A stretch of 64,000 bases of DNA. Source: Candidatus Iainarchaeum sp. Lineage in GTDB: Archaea; Iainarchaeota; Iainarchaeia; Iainarchaeales; UBA10191. Below the pieces are notes generated by a model. It did not search any database, was not told the origin of the DNA, and worked only from the letters and a program-made list of their open reading frames with translations. Shown here piece by piece: positions 47,124 to 55,715 of this stretch. Each line of letters begins with the position of its first letter. Position 1 is the first letter of the stretch. The stretch covers positions 85,141-149,140 of the forward strand of contig JAUSFL010000008.1 of the NCBI GenBank assembly GCA_030649735.1. Direction: 5' to 3'. The position numbers and the translations under genes were made by a program.

Positions 47124-47127
47124 AAGC

Positions 47128-47281
47128 TCAAAAAGTGTTCTCTTGCTTCTTGATTTGTATCGAGTGTTTCATCTATTACAACCGGCTTTTCTGGCTTGCC
47201 ACCTGCAGCAGCAATGACTGAAACAGACAAAACGAAAAGACTAAAGATTATTGCTAATATAACTAAAATTCTCCCATTCAA
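47128..47281 (-). pseudogene. 5' part (signal peptide) of the disrupted LamG-like gene
   Basis: TTG start, MNGRILVILAIIFSLFVLSVSVIAAAGG...EAREHFL, then the TSD. Confidence 0.8.
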
Positions 47282-47400
47282 AAAACATCCCCTCGCAAAT
47301 TAGTTGATAACTTCAAAGGGAGAGAAAACTCATTTAAACTCGAAACTGAGCTTTAAAAGCAAGTTCACTAAAAGTGGGGCACAGTACTAAAAGTGTGAAG

Positions 47401-47475
47401 TGCCCTCGTCGGGATTTGGACCCGAGTTTTCGCCGTGAGAGGGCGAAGTCCTTGACCGGGCTAGACTACGAGGGC
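47401..47475 (-). tRNA. tRNA-Glu(CTC)
   Basis: GCCCTCG/CGAGGGC-A; TCGCC-CT CTC AC-GGCGA; T-loop TCCAAAT. Confidence 0.93.
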
Positions 47476-47539
47476 GGCTGCAACAATTCTTGTTGGAACG
47501 TATTTTATTGCTTTTGGGCTTTCAAAGCTTCTGGTTGCA

Positions 47540-48190
47540 TTGATTAAGGCAGTGATTTTTGACTTGGATGGAACTTTAGTGGACACTAATGGAATCCACC
47601 TTGAGAATTTCCGCAAGGACTTTCCAAAGCAATTTGGCTTTCGCCCGAAGGATTCTGAAGTCTTGCCGTTGTTCGGAAAAAGCGCCGTTGAAATCGCGCA
47701 AATCCTTGCGAGAAAGCGCGGCATCAAATTGGATGCTAAAAAGCTTGTGGAGTTCGCGCGCTTGAAAGAAAGCCTTTTTGTAAAGTCAGCCAAGGGAAAG
47801 CACTTTCTCTCAAAAGCAAATTTTTTGTTCTTGAAAAAATTGAAGGCCAGAGGATTGAAGATTGCGATTGCTTCAGGCAGTTCGAGAAAAATGCTTAATG
47901 CTTCCTTGAAGACTTTTGAAAGGAAATTGTTTGACTGCATTGTGTGCGCTGATGATGTTTTGCATTCAAAGCCTAATCCTTTAATGATTTTTAAGGCCTT
48001 GAAATGCCTGCGCGTGAAAAAAGGCAATGCTGTTTTTGTTGGCGATGGATTTTTGGACGCGAAGACAGCAAAGAACGCTAATCTGCGGTTTGTTGCAGTG
48101 CTTTCTGGAATAACTTCAAGAAAGCAGTTTGAAAAATTCAAGCCATTGCTTATTGTGAAAAAAGCCCGGGATTTGGGAAAAGTTTTATAA
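47540..48190 (+). CDS. HAD-superfamily phosphatase
   Basis: FDLDGTLVD, SKPNP, FVGD. Confidence 0.92.
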   Translation: MIKAVIFDLDGTLVDTNGIHLENFRKDFPKQFGFRPKDSEVLPLFGKSAVEIAQILARKRGIKLDAKKLVEFARLKESLFVKSAKGKHFLSKANFLFLKKLKARGLKIAIASGSSRKMLNASLKTFERKLFDCIVCADDVLHSKPNPLMIFKALKCLRVKKGNAVFVGDGFLDAKTAKNANLRFVAVLSGITSRKQFEKFKPLLIVKKARDLGKVL

Positions 48191-48808
48191 TCATCTTTTT
48201 TGTAAAAGCTTTTTGTTTGTTTCAAGATTGCTTTTGAGCTCTTTAATGATCCCGTCAAGGTCTGCTTCCGAGACTTTCAAGCGCCCTTCTCTCGTAAAAC
48301 TTTTTTCCAATAATCGGCTTGCCCTAAGTTCATAACGCCGCCTAATCCTATCTGGCAGGTAAGATGAAGCCATTTTAACGCCTACGTGGACTGGAGTGAA
48401 ATAAGGCCCATGCATCCAATACCCAAAATAAAGGACTGCTTTAAGCATTTTGTTGCCGCTTGCAAAAAAGGTTTTGCGTTCAGGCAGGTAAATTCCCATT
48501 TGAAGAAACGTTTGGTCTGGGATTGTTTCGGCCATTACTTCAAGCATTGCGATTGAATGCGACATTTTTTGTAATCTTAATGGGAGCTTTCCTGAAGCAA
48601 GTTCTTTTCTGGCTTCTTGGTTTTCAAGAATTTCAATAATGCGCTCGCAGAAATTAATATTATATTTTATTTTTCTTTGACTGGCTGTTTTTTTCAGTGC
48701 TTTTTCAGCAAATGTTCGCTCTATTGTTTTTCTTTTCTGGAATTCTCTCATTTTCTTTTTTACCGCAATTCTTGCAATCCTTAATGCCCTTGGCCCTTTT
48801 GCAGTCAT
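48191..48808 (-). CDS. Basic orphan protein
   Basis: 205 aa with an Arg/Lys-rich N-terminus. Confidence 0.6.
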   Translation of the reverse strand: MTAKGPRALRIARIAVKKKMREFQKRKTIERTFAEKALKKTASQRKIKYNINFCERIIEILENQEARKELASGKLPLRLQKMSHSIAMLEVMAETIPDQTFLQMGIYLPERKTFFASGNKMLKAVLYFGYWMHGPYFTPVHVGVKMASSYLPDRIRRRYELRASRLLEKSFTREGRLKVSEADLDGIIKELKSNLETNKKLLQKR

Positions 48809-48812
48809 ATAA

Positions 48813-49193
48813 TCAATTTATTTTCTCAAGCTTCCATTCAAGTTTAGTGTCCTTGTCAAGCACGAACTGGTCAATGCCTTTCATTGCGTAAACTCCGTCA
48901 ACGTACAATGCCCAGTAATTGTCAGTGCCTGAATTGATGCCGTTAATTCCATTAATGAAAGGCCCGTAAGCAGTGCTTTTGAAATCGACCTTTAAGTTTT
49001 GCTTCATTACTTCAAAGGCATTGGCGCCCTTGTCTGCAAAAACAGTGACTGTGTCATTCTTGTCGTTTGCTGAAATTGTGAAAGCAACTTTGACTTTTTC
49101 CCCGCTTGGGTTAATCGGATTCTGACTTGTACAGCCTAACACTAGAATGCTTGCCACTATCAAGGCGGCTAACGCTAACAATCTTGAATTCAT
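48813..49193 (-). CDS. DUF4430-like lipoprotein
   Basis: VLGC lipobox; YGPFINGING..YWALYVDG..KGIDQ. Confidence 0.8.
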   Translation of the reverse strand: MNSRLLALAALIVASILVLGCTSQNPINPSGEKVKVAFTISANDKNDTVTVFADKGANAFEVMKQNLKVDFKSTAYGPFINGINGINSGTDNYWALYVDGVYAMKGIDQFVLDKDTKLEWKLEKIN

Positions 49194-49806
49194 CCTTTTT
49201 CCTCCATTTTTCCAAAAGCGGGCTCAAAAGCTTTGCAAAAGCGGCATTTGTTGCAGTGTGCGCAATGCTGAAAGGCAAAGAAGTCAAAAAATACAATGGC
49301 AAAGTGAAAATGCCAAAAGCCCCTAAAAGCCCAATTCCCATGAAGGCTCCAGAAATGTTCATTAAAGCCTCATAAAATAAGGTTCCTGCAACAGTCAAAA
49401 TAACAAATTCTTTTGTTCCAATTTTCCTGAATTTTGCGTAAAATCCCGCAGCAAGCCCTGGAATTGCAGCTCCGAGTGCCTGGAATATTGTCCAAGGCCC
49501 TTGCAGGCCCCAAACGAAAAAATTGCTTATGAGGTAAGCGCTTCCGCCAAGCATGAATCCTTCCTTCATTCCAAACAAGATTCCGGCCATTACTGCGAAT
49601 GGAATTATTGGCTCGACTGAAGGAACCCATTGCAGGGCCACTCTTCCAATTACTGCGACTGAAAGAAATCCCAAAAAAATCAAGAGATCGCGGGATTCTT
49701 TCTTTAGCTTTGCCTCGCGGACTAATTTTGCGATTTTTTCAAGCAATTCTTCGCGCTTTTGCACTTGAATTGTCTGCGTTCTTTCCTTTTGCTTTTGTGC
49801 TTGCAT
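49111..49806 (-). CDS. ECF transporter S-component-like membrane protein
   Basis: GRVALQWVPSVEP, SNFFVWGLQGPWTIFQ; paired with DUF4430. Confidence 0.75.
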   Translation of the reverse strand: MQAQKQKERTQTIQVQKREELLEKIAKLVREAKLKKESRDLLIFLGFLSVAVIGRVALQWVPSVEPIIPFAVMAGILFGMKEGFMLGGSAYLISNFFVWGLQGPWTIFQALGAAIPGLAAGFYAKFRKIGTKEFVILTVAGTLFYEALMNISGAFMGIGLLGAFGIFTLPLYFLTSLPFSIAHTATNAAFAKLLSPLLEKWRKKDEFKIVSVSRLDSGKHSSVRLYKSESD

Positions 49807-49894
49807 AAAAACCGTTTTTTTGAAAAATTAGGTTGGAAAAGGATTAAAAACAATGTTGGTTTTCTTTTGAGAATTTGGGCTTAAAATAAAAAAA

Positions 49895-49969
49895 TGCCTC
49901 AGGGCAGATTTGAACTGCCGATACCCGGCTTATGAAACCGGTGTTCTAACCAGGCTGAACTACTGAGGC
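49895..49969 (-). tRNA. tRNA-Met(CAT), probably elongator
   Basis: GCCTCAG/CTGAGGC-A; CCGGT-TT CAT AA-GCCGG; Ile2 not excluded. Confidence 0.85.
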
Positions 49970-50003
49970 TGGTGTTTTTTAGAATTAGTGAAGGAAAAGG
50001 GTT

Positions 50004-50675
50004 TTATTTTTGCTGGATTACGCTTTTTACTTCGATTTTCTTTTCACCGCACAGCACAATGCGGTCTGCATACCCTATGAAAAGGCCTGTTTCCAAGACT
50101 CCTGCAATAGTGCGGGTCTGGAATTCCAGGTCTTCGAGTGAAAAAATGCTGTCAAAGTCAACGTCAACAAGCAAGTGGCCTGTTTCTGTCTTGAAGTAAT
50201 CGTTCTTTGCAATCCGAATGCTTGCCTTTCCGAGCTTTTGCAACTGCATTAAAGTGCGCTTCCACCCAAAGCTTGAAATTTCAAAAGGGATTGTTCCATG
50301 AACTCTTTCCACAAAGTTTTTTTCATCGCAAAGCACAATGAGCTCTTCAGCGCTTTGGCAGATCATTTTGTCGCGCACTAGGCTGTGCGAGTTTCTTTTC
50401 ACAAAATTGAAGTTTTTGTCCGCCTGGTCTGCAAGCTCGAATGCAATGTCGACTTCCCTGTCATTGATGTTTGCTATCTGCAAGTGCATTTGAGAGCAGA
50501 GCGCTGCAATGCTTGTTGAAGTCGGGACAACATGAATGTTTAATTCCAGCTCGTGGTTTTTCAAGGCAATTTTTTTCAAAAGCTTCTCGCCCAATGAATC
50601 GCTGCCTACTGCGATTACCTTGTCTTTTTTCAGGTATTTTGCGGCAAACTCTTCAAGCCTGTCTTCGTTAATCAT
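50004..50675 (-). CDS. rpiA: Divergent ribose-5-phosphate isomerase A homolog
   Basis: VPTS, IPFEI, KTETGHLLVD, GVLETGLF; signature motifs altered. Confidence 0.75.
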   Translation of the reverse strand: MINEDRLEEFAAKYLKKDKVIAVGSDSLGEKLLKKIALKNHELELNIHVVPTSTSIAALCSQMHLQIANINDREVDIAFELADQADKNFNFVKRNSHSLVRDKMICQSAEELIVLCDEKNFVERVHGTIPFEISSFGWKRTLMQLQKLGKASIRIAKNDYFKTETGHLLVDVDFDSIFSLEDLEFQTRTIAGVLETGLFIGYADRIVLCGEKKIEVKSVIQQK

Positions 50676-50728
50676 GAGCTAACTTAGGGTTTTCTGGTTT
50701 TTAACCTTTTTCTTGCATTGGTTTTTTC

Positions 50729-51457
50729 ATGAAGGAGCGCTTTTTGGAAATTGACGCCTTTCGCGGCATTGCAGTATGCCTGATGGTTTTGTTCCATTTT
50801 TTGTTTGACCTTAATTATTTTAGGGGATTGTCTTTTGACCTTTCTTTTGGCTTGTGGCTTTTTGTCGGAAGAAGTTCGGCATTGATTTTCCTGCTTTTGG
50901 TTGGAATTTCCCTGACTTTAAGCAATGCAAATGCCTTGCAGGATGGGCTTGGCGGAAAGGAAAGGCGTTGGAAATTCTTGAAAAGGGGTTTTGGAGTCTT
51001 TTGCCTGGGCTTGCTTGTCACTGCAGTCACTTTCTTGCTTTTTCCGCAAGAAACAATCTGGTTTGGGGTTTTGCACTTGATTGGCGTTTCAATAATTATT
51101 GCATTTCCTTTCTTAAAGTTTAAGCGATTGAACATTGCTTTAGGGATTCTGGCAATAATTGCCGGATTGTTATTATGGAATTTAAGTTTTGGCTTTGCTT
51201 GGCTGCTGCCTTTTGGCTTCCAGCCTTACGGCTTTGTAAGTTTTGATTATTTTCCAATCCTTCCGTCCTTTGGGGTGGTTTTGTTGGGAATTGCTTTAGG
51301 AAACTGGCTTTATGCTGGCGGAAAAAGAAACTTTCGGCCTTTAATCCTTGAAAACTCTGATGTTTCAAGGCTTTTGGCTTTTTTGGGCAAGAATTCGCTA
51401 ATAATTTATTTGCTGCACCAACCGGTTATTATTGGAGTTTTGCTATTTCTAGCATGA
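50729..51457 (+). CDS. DUF1624 (HGSNAT-like) membrane protein
   Basis: EIDAFRGIA, FGVLHLIG, DYFPILP, LGKNSLIIYLLHQP. Confidence 0.85.
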   Translation: MKERFLEIDAFRGIAVCLMVLFHFLFDLNYFRGLSFDLSFGLWLFVGRSSALIFLLLVGISLTLSNANALQDGLGGKERRWKFLKRGFGVFCLGLLVTAVTFLLFPQETIWFGVLHLIGVSIIIAFPFLKFKRLNIALGILAIIAGLLLWNLSFGFAWLLPFGFQPYGFVSFDYFPILPSFGVVLLGIALGNWLYAGGKRNFRPLILENSDVSRLLAFLGKNSLIIYLLHQPVIIGVLLFLA

Positions 51458-51508
51458 GAAGCCATTAAATACTTTTTTGGAGCTTAATACTTGAAAGGTT
51501 GTTTTTTC

Positions 51509-52435
51509 ATGAGCGAAGTTTTGGACTTGGTTATTATTGGAACTGGCCCTGCTGGTCTTTCTGCTGCAATTTATGCGGGGGTTTACAAGCTGAATTTCAA
51601 GGTTGTTGGGAAAGATTATGGCCTTTTGGCCGGAGCGCATGAAATCTGGAATTATCCCGGAGTTAAGGCAATTGCGGGTTTTGAATTAGTGCAGAGAATG
51701 CGCGATCATGCTGTTGATTCTTTCAAGGCTGAAATAATTGATGATGAAGTGATTGCAGTCAGGAAGAGCGGCGAGCATTTTTCAGTGCAGTTGAAAAGCG
51801 CTGAAACTTTGGAGTGCAAGGCCTTGATTATTGCGACTGGCCTAATGAACAGGAAGTTGGGCATTGGGGAAGAGCGCTTGATTGGAAAGGGAGTCTCTTA
51901 CTGTGCGACTTGCGATGCCGGCTTGTTTTCCGGCAAAACTGTCGGAGTCATTGGCGGTAGTGACAGCACGGCTTCTGCGGCATTGCTTTTGGCAGAGTAT
52001 GCAAAGAAAGTGCTGATTTTTTACAGGCAGGATGCATTGAGATGCCAGCCTGTTTACTTGCCTAAATTGCAGGAGAAAAAAAACATTGAAATAGTCTGCA
52101 ATTCCACTGTCGTTCAAGTTGTTGGCGACAAAATGCTTGAAAAGATTGTTTTAGAGTGCGATGGAAAAAAGACCGAATTAAAGCTTGATGGCTTGTTTCC
52201 TGAAATTGGGGCTGTTCCGCAAAATGTCTTGCTTGACAAATTAGGCGTGAAGTTTGACGCTTCAGGCTTTATTCCAGTGGACTTGAACCAGAAGACAAGC
52301 ACTGAAGGAGTTTATGCTGCTGGAGACATCACTTCAAGCCATCCGAAATTCAAGCAGGTTGTTGTTGCTGCTGGCGAAGGCGCTGTCGCTTCAAATTCAG
52401 TGTACAGGTTTTTGAAAGAAAGCAACAAAATTTAG
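51509..52435 (+). CDS. trxB: Thioredoxin reductase
   Basis: GTGPAGLSAA, GVSYCATCD, GVYAAGD. Confidence 0.93.
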   Translation: MSEVLDLVIIGTGPAGLSAAIYAGVYKLNFKVVGKDYGLLAGAHEIWNYPGVKAIAGFELVQRMRDHAVDSFKAEIIDDEVIAVRKSGEHFSVQLKSAETLECKALIIATGLMNRKLGIGEERLIGKGVSYCATCDAGLFSGKTVGVIGGSDSTASAALLLAEYAKKVLIFYRQDALRCQPVYLPKLQEKKNIEIVCNSTVVQVVGDKMLEKIVLECDGKKTELKLDGLFPEIGAVPQNVLLDKLGVKFDASGFIPVDLNQKTSTEGVYAAGDITSSHPKFKQVVVAAGEGAVASNSVYRFLKESNKI

Positions 52436-52439
52436 AATT

Positions 52440-53381
52440 TTATTTCCTTAGTCTTGGCAGAATTCTTCTTTTGATTGGTTTTGGCCTATTGGCTTTTCCA
52501 ACAAGTCTGGCGTTGGCTTCAAAAAACTTTGTGCTGTCTGGAACTATTCGTTCAATGCCGCTCAATGCTTTTTCATACTCTTGCCTTGCCTGTGCAATAT
52601 TTGCAGCATTCCCATTTTTCAAGGATTCTGTCGCGCCCCTTAATGCATTTTGATAATTTGCGCTTGCTTCTGCGATTCTTTGCAGTGATTTTGCGGCAGG
52701 GCTTCCCTTGAATAATTCCGCATAAACTCGGACAACAGTGCTCTTCCTATAGTCTGTCTTTCCATCGATTTTAGGCAGTGCTTTGCGCATGTCAAGAATG
52801 TGCCTTGCATTATTGATTACTCTGTCGATTGCAAACTGAAGATTTTGGTAATATTCAGGCCTGTCATGGGCTTTGTCAAAAGAGCGCATTATGTTTCCTT
52901 TTCTGGCGGCATTAATGACTGCAGCCAAATGGCTTTCTTTGTCCCTTGCGAGATCCAGTTTTCTGATTCTGACAAGCTTTCTTGGATCTGTTCCTACTGT
53001 TGTTTTCTTTCCAACATCGGATTTCAAAAGTTTGAACATTAACGGCGACAATGAGTGATATCCGCTTCTTGCTTCTTTGCTGTTCATGTGGGTTATTTCA
53101 GGCTTTACTTTCAGGTTTTCAACTGAATTTTTGAAAACTCTTGTGAGGTATTTTTCGACAAGGGCCTGTTTTTCCGGCTTGCTTATGATCAAAACATCCA
53201 AGTCAGAGCCGAGAGAAAATTCTTTCCTTGCGATAGATCCAAAAATTGTTGCGCTTTCAATCCATCCGCGTTCATGCAGTTTTTGCATTAGAGAAATAGC
53301 AATTTTTCTGGCGGTTTCGAGATTTTCTCTTGATGAATAATTTCCTTTCTCTAAATCCTGCCAGGAGTATATTTGAACCAT
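52440..53381 (-). CDS. Pol-beta-type nucleotidyltransferase-domain protein
   Basis: IFGSIARKEFSLGSDLDVLII followed by a helical C-terminal domain. Confidence 0.75.
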   Translation of the reverse strand: MVQIYSWQDLEKGNYSSRENLETARKIAISLMQKLHERGWIESATIFGSIARKEFSLGSDLDVLIISKPEKQALVEKYLTRVFKNSVENLKVKPEITHMNSKEARSGYHSLSPLMFKLLKSDVGKKTTVGTDPRKLVRIRKLDLARDKESHLAAVINAARKGNIMRSFDKAHDRPEYYQNLQFAIDRVINNARHILDMRKALPKIDGKTDYRKSTVVRVYAELFKGSPAAKSLQRIAEASANYQNALRGATESLKNGNAANIAQARQEYEKALSGIERIVPDSTKFFEANARLVGKANRPKPIKRRILPRLRK

Positions 53382-53441
53382 GAAAAAACAATACTGTCTT
53401 TTTGTTTAATAATGTTCTTTCAAGTCAACTTTTAAAAAATT

Positions 53442-53576
53442 TCAGCAGTTTTTGAATTCCATTTCTGTTTTGACTTCTTTCTTGAAGTTTTTCTTGTTTT
53501 CTTTTGCTGCCTTGCTTTCAAGAAACACTAGGTCGGTGCATTTCAATTCTTTCAGCATTTTTTTGACTTTTTTCAA
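53442..53576 (-). CDS. Possible 44-aa Lys-rich small protein
   Basis: AAGGAG then TTG start; MKKVKKMLKELKCTDLVF...KNC; follows glutaredoxin. Confidence 0.35.
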   Translation of the reverse strand: MKKVKKMLKELKCTDLVFLESKAAKENKKNFKKEVKTEMEFKNC

Positions 53577-53596
53577 GAAACCAACTCCTTGATTTT

Positions 53597-53827
53597 CTAT
53601 TTTGCAATTGCCTTGTCTATTGCAGGCTTGTCAAAGCCGATGATTATTTTTCCGTCAATGTCAAGCACTGGAACTCCCATTTGCCCTGACTTTTTTATCA
53701 TTTCCTGCGCCTTTGCATGGTCTTTTGACACGTCAATTTCTTCCACTTCAATCCCTTTTCCTTTAAGGTAGTCTTTTGCAATATGGCAGTAAGGGCAGGT
53801 TGGCGTTGAATACACTATTGCCTTCAT
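53597..53827 (-). CDS. Glutaredoxin / NrdH-like protein
   Basis: YSTPTCPYC, GQMGVP, IIGFD. Confidence 0.93.
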   Translation of the reverse strand: MKAIVYSTPTCPYCHIAKDYLKGKGIEVEEIDVSKDHAKAQEMIKKSGQMGVPVLDIDGKIIIGFDKPAIDKAIAK

Positions 53828-54441
53828 TGTTTCACCTCGCTGATTTTTTGCCGGATTTTTGCCTTTAAGTTTGCAAGAATTTCGCTTAATGCGGTTCCTT
53901 GGACTTTTTCACCGTTCACGAAGAATGTCGGGGTTCCATTAACTCCGAGGCTTGTTCCTTCAGCAATGTCTTGCTGGACTCGCGCTTCTTTTATTCCGCT
54001 GTAAATGCAGCTTGTGAATTTTGCCTGGTCAATTCCAAGGCTTTTTGCAAGTGAAACCAGCGAGTCATTGCCAAGTTTTCCGTTTGCTTTGAAAAGCAGA
54101 TTGTGGTATTCCCAGAATTTTCCATTGTCTTGCGCGCAAAAGCTCGCTTCAGAGGCAGTCAATGCAAAATTGTGGATTTGGGTTAAAGGAAATTGCTTGT
54201 ACTCAAACTTGATTTGGTCCTTGAATTCCTGAAAGATTGCCTCAACGTAAGGCTCTGTTGCAATGCAGGCTGGGCATTGGTAGTCTGAAAATTCTTGGAC
54301 AATTACCTTTGCTTCCAAATTGCCTTTTGCAGGCTGCGGGTTTGCAATGTCCGGATATGCCGGTTTTGCGGCCAAAAGGACTGCAGCGCCCGCAATAACC
54401 GCAATTAGAATTATTGCGGCAATCAAGATTTTAAAGTTCAT
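53824..54441 (-). CDS. DsbA-like membrane-anchored oxidoreductase
   Basis: EFSDYQCPAC, GVNGTPTFFVNG. Confidence 0.9.
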   Translation of the reverse strand: MNFKILIAAIILIAVIAGAAVLLAAKPAYPDIANPQPAKGNLEAKVIVQEFSDYQCPACIATEPYVEAIFQEFKDQIKFEYKQFPLTQIHNFALTASEASFCAQDNGKFWEYHNLLFKANGKLGNDSLVSLAKSLGIDQAKFTSCIYSGIKEARVQQDIAEGTSLGVNGTPTFFVNGEKVQGTALSEILANLKAKIRQKISEVKQ

Positions 54442-54534
54442 AAAACATCTCCTTTCAAATCCTTAACCTTACTTTTTTAAAACTGGCGTGCTGGCTTGAG
54501 TCAAGCTTGAGAAAAAGAAAAAAAGATTGCGTAA

Positions 54535-55608
54535 CTATGGGGTTACGCAACCGCCTGAAGCCGCAGCGGCTCCGGCAGCGCTTAAGGTTTGGCCGCAGGT
54601 TGCAGGCGCTGTATTGAAAGCACCGCACATTCCTGCCTTGTACTCTTCAGCGCTTCTTCCGCCATTGTATGGCCCGTCATTGATTATTAATGTAGGGCTT
54701 CCTGAAACACCGTACTTTGCAGTTGCTGCAATTTCAGCGTCAAGCAACGCTATTTTCTCATCAACAGCGCATTGCTCGATTTTTGCAGTGTCTAGAGAAA
54801 GCTTTGTTGCTTCAGTTTTCCAGCAAGTGCTTATGTTCTGTAAATTGCATGCGGTGTTCACGGCGTTTACATAGTCAATGAATTTGTCAGGCATGTTCTT
54901 TTGAATGCACAATTCCCTGACGTCTTGGGCCAGTTCTTCAGCTCCGTGCAGTGAAGTGTAGTCATTGCCTTGCTTGCTTACAATGTACCTAATTTTGAAG
55001 TCCACGCTGTTTCCCAAAAGCTTTAATGCCGGAATGATTCCAGCCTCTGCCTGGTTTCCGTAAGGGCAGTAGCTCATTACAAACAACTCAACTACTGGCT
55101 TGTCGCTTTTTGCTGTTGTTTGCGCTGGAGGGTTTTGCGGCTGTGTCGCTGGCGGCTGTTGTGGGATTGGAGCGTCCAATTCCAGAACTTGGCCTGCGAT
55201 AAGTTTTTTTCCATCAGCAGTCAAGTATGCTGGAACGTCTTGTGTTTGCCCGTCCTTGGTTAACTTGTAGTTTGCCAGGACAAGCCCGTCGTTGATTCTT
55301 TCAACGCTTGCCAGTTTCACTTCGACGCCTTGGGCGTTAAAAATGTTTGTTTTCAAGTAATTCAGTCCCTTGTTTGCTAATTTATTTGCGTCAAGGTTTG
55401 CGCCAGTTTGCCCTGCATTTCCCGCGATTTTTGGCGTTGAAATTGCCAAGGCTCCGACAGCAATCAATGCAATTGCAAAAACTATTGTGGTAATCATCCA
55501 CACGTTTGGGCCTTTCTTTTCATGATGGCTTTGCGCGTGGTGTTCAGCATGATGCTCAGGATGATGCTCATGGTGTTCGTGATGTTCGTGTTCTGTCAAA
55601 AAAACCAA
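54535..55608 (-). CDS. Membrane-anchored thioredoxin-fold protein with His-rich N-terminus
   Basis: HEHHEHHEHH, TM, ELFVMSYCPYG, SLHG..E, GSPTL. Confidence 0.8.
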   Translation of the reverse strand: MVFLTEHEHHEHHEHHPEHHAEHHAQSHHEKKGPNVWMITTIVFAIALIAVGALAISTPKIAGNAGQTGANLDANKLANKGLNYLKTNIFNAQGVEVKLASVERINDGLVLANYKLTKDGQTQDVPAYLTADGKKLIAGQVLELDAPIPQQPPATQPQNPPAQTTAKSDKPVVELFVMSYCPYGNQAEAGIIPALKLLGNSVDFKIRYIVSKQGNDYTSLHGAEELAQDVRELCIQKNMPDKFIDYVNAVNTACNLQNISTCWKTEATKLSLDTAKIEQCAVDEKIALLDAEIAATAKYGVSGSPTLIINDGPYNGGRSAEEYKAGMCGAFNTAPATCGQTLSAAGAAAASGGCVTP

Positions 55609-55715
55609 CCCCTTTCAATGTAGCTTTAAAAAATAAAGTTAACTAGGGAAAAAATCCCGCGAAGTGCTTAAAAAGCTTAGCTTTTTGAAAGCGGTTTGCT
55701 TTTCGAAAAAAAATA

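Larger units (their letters stand above)
41718..47127. mobile_element. 5.4-kb cargo-carrying DDE transposon
   Basis: TSD TCAAAAAGTG (41708-41717, 47128-47137); ends GCTTTGCCCAACAAGTC / GCTTTGCCTATTAAGTC (reverse complement); seven GACTTWRTGGGCA-like repeats; internal transposase. Confidence 0.92.
40560..47411. mobile_element. Island at tRNA-Glu 3' end bounded by an 11-bp direct repeat
   Basis: TGCCCTCGTCG at 40560-40570 and 47401-47411; subterminal inverted repeat 40594-40609 / 47366-47381 (14/16); visibly AT-richer than flanks; no integrase. Confidence 0.7.

Noticed and set aside
47461-48258. 265-aa minus-strand ORF and similar long antisense ORFs
   Set aside because: Shadow frames opposite well-supported genes
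49111-49193. 83-bp overlap of the ECF-S and DUF4430 genes as a programmed frameshift
   Set aside because: The downstream gene has its own ATG and signal peptide; the overlap is best explained by C-terminal run-on
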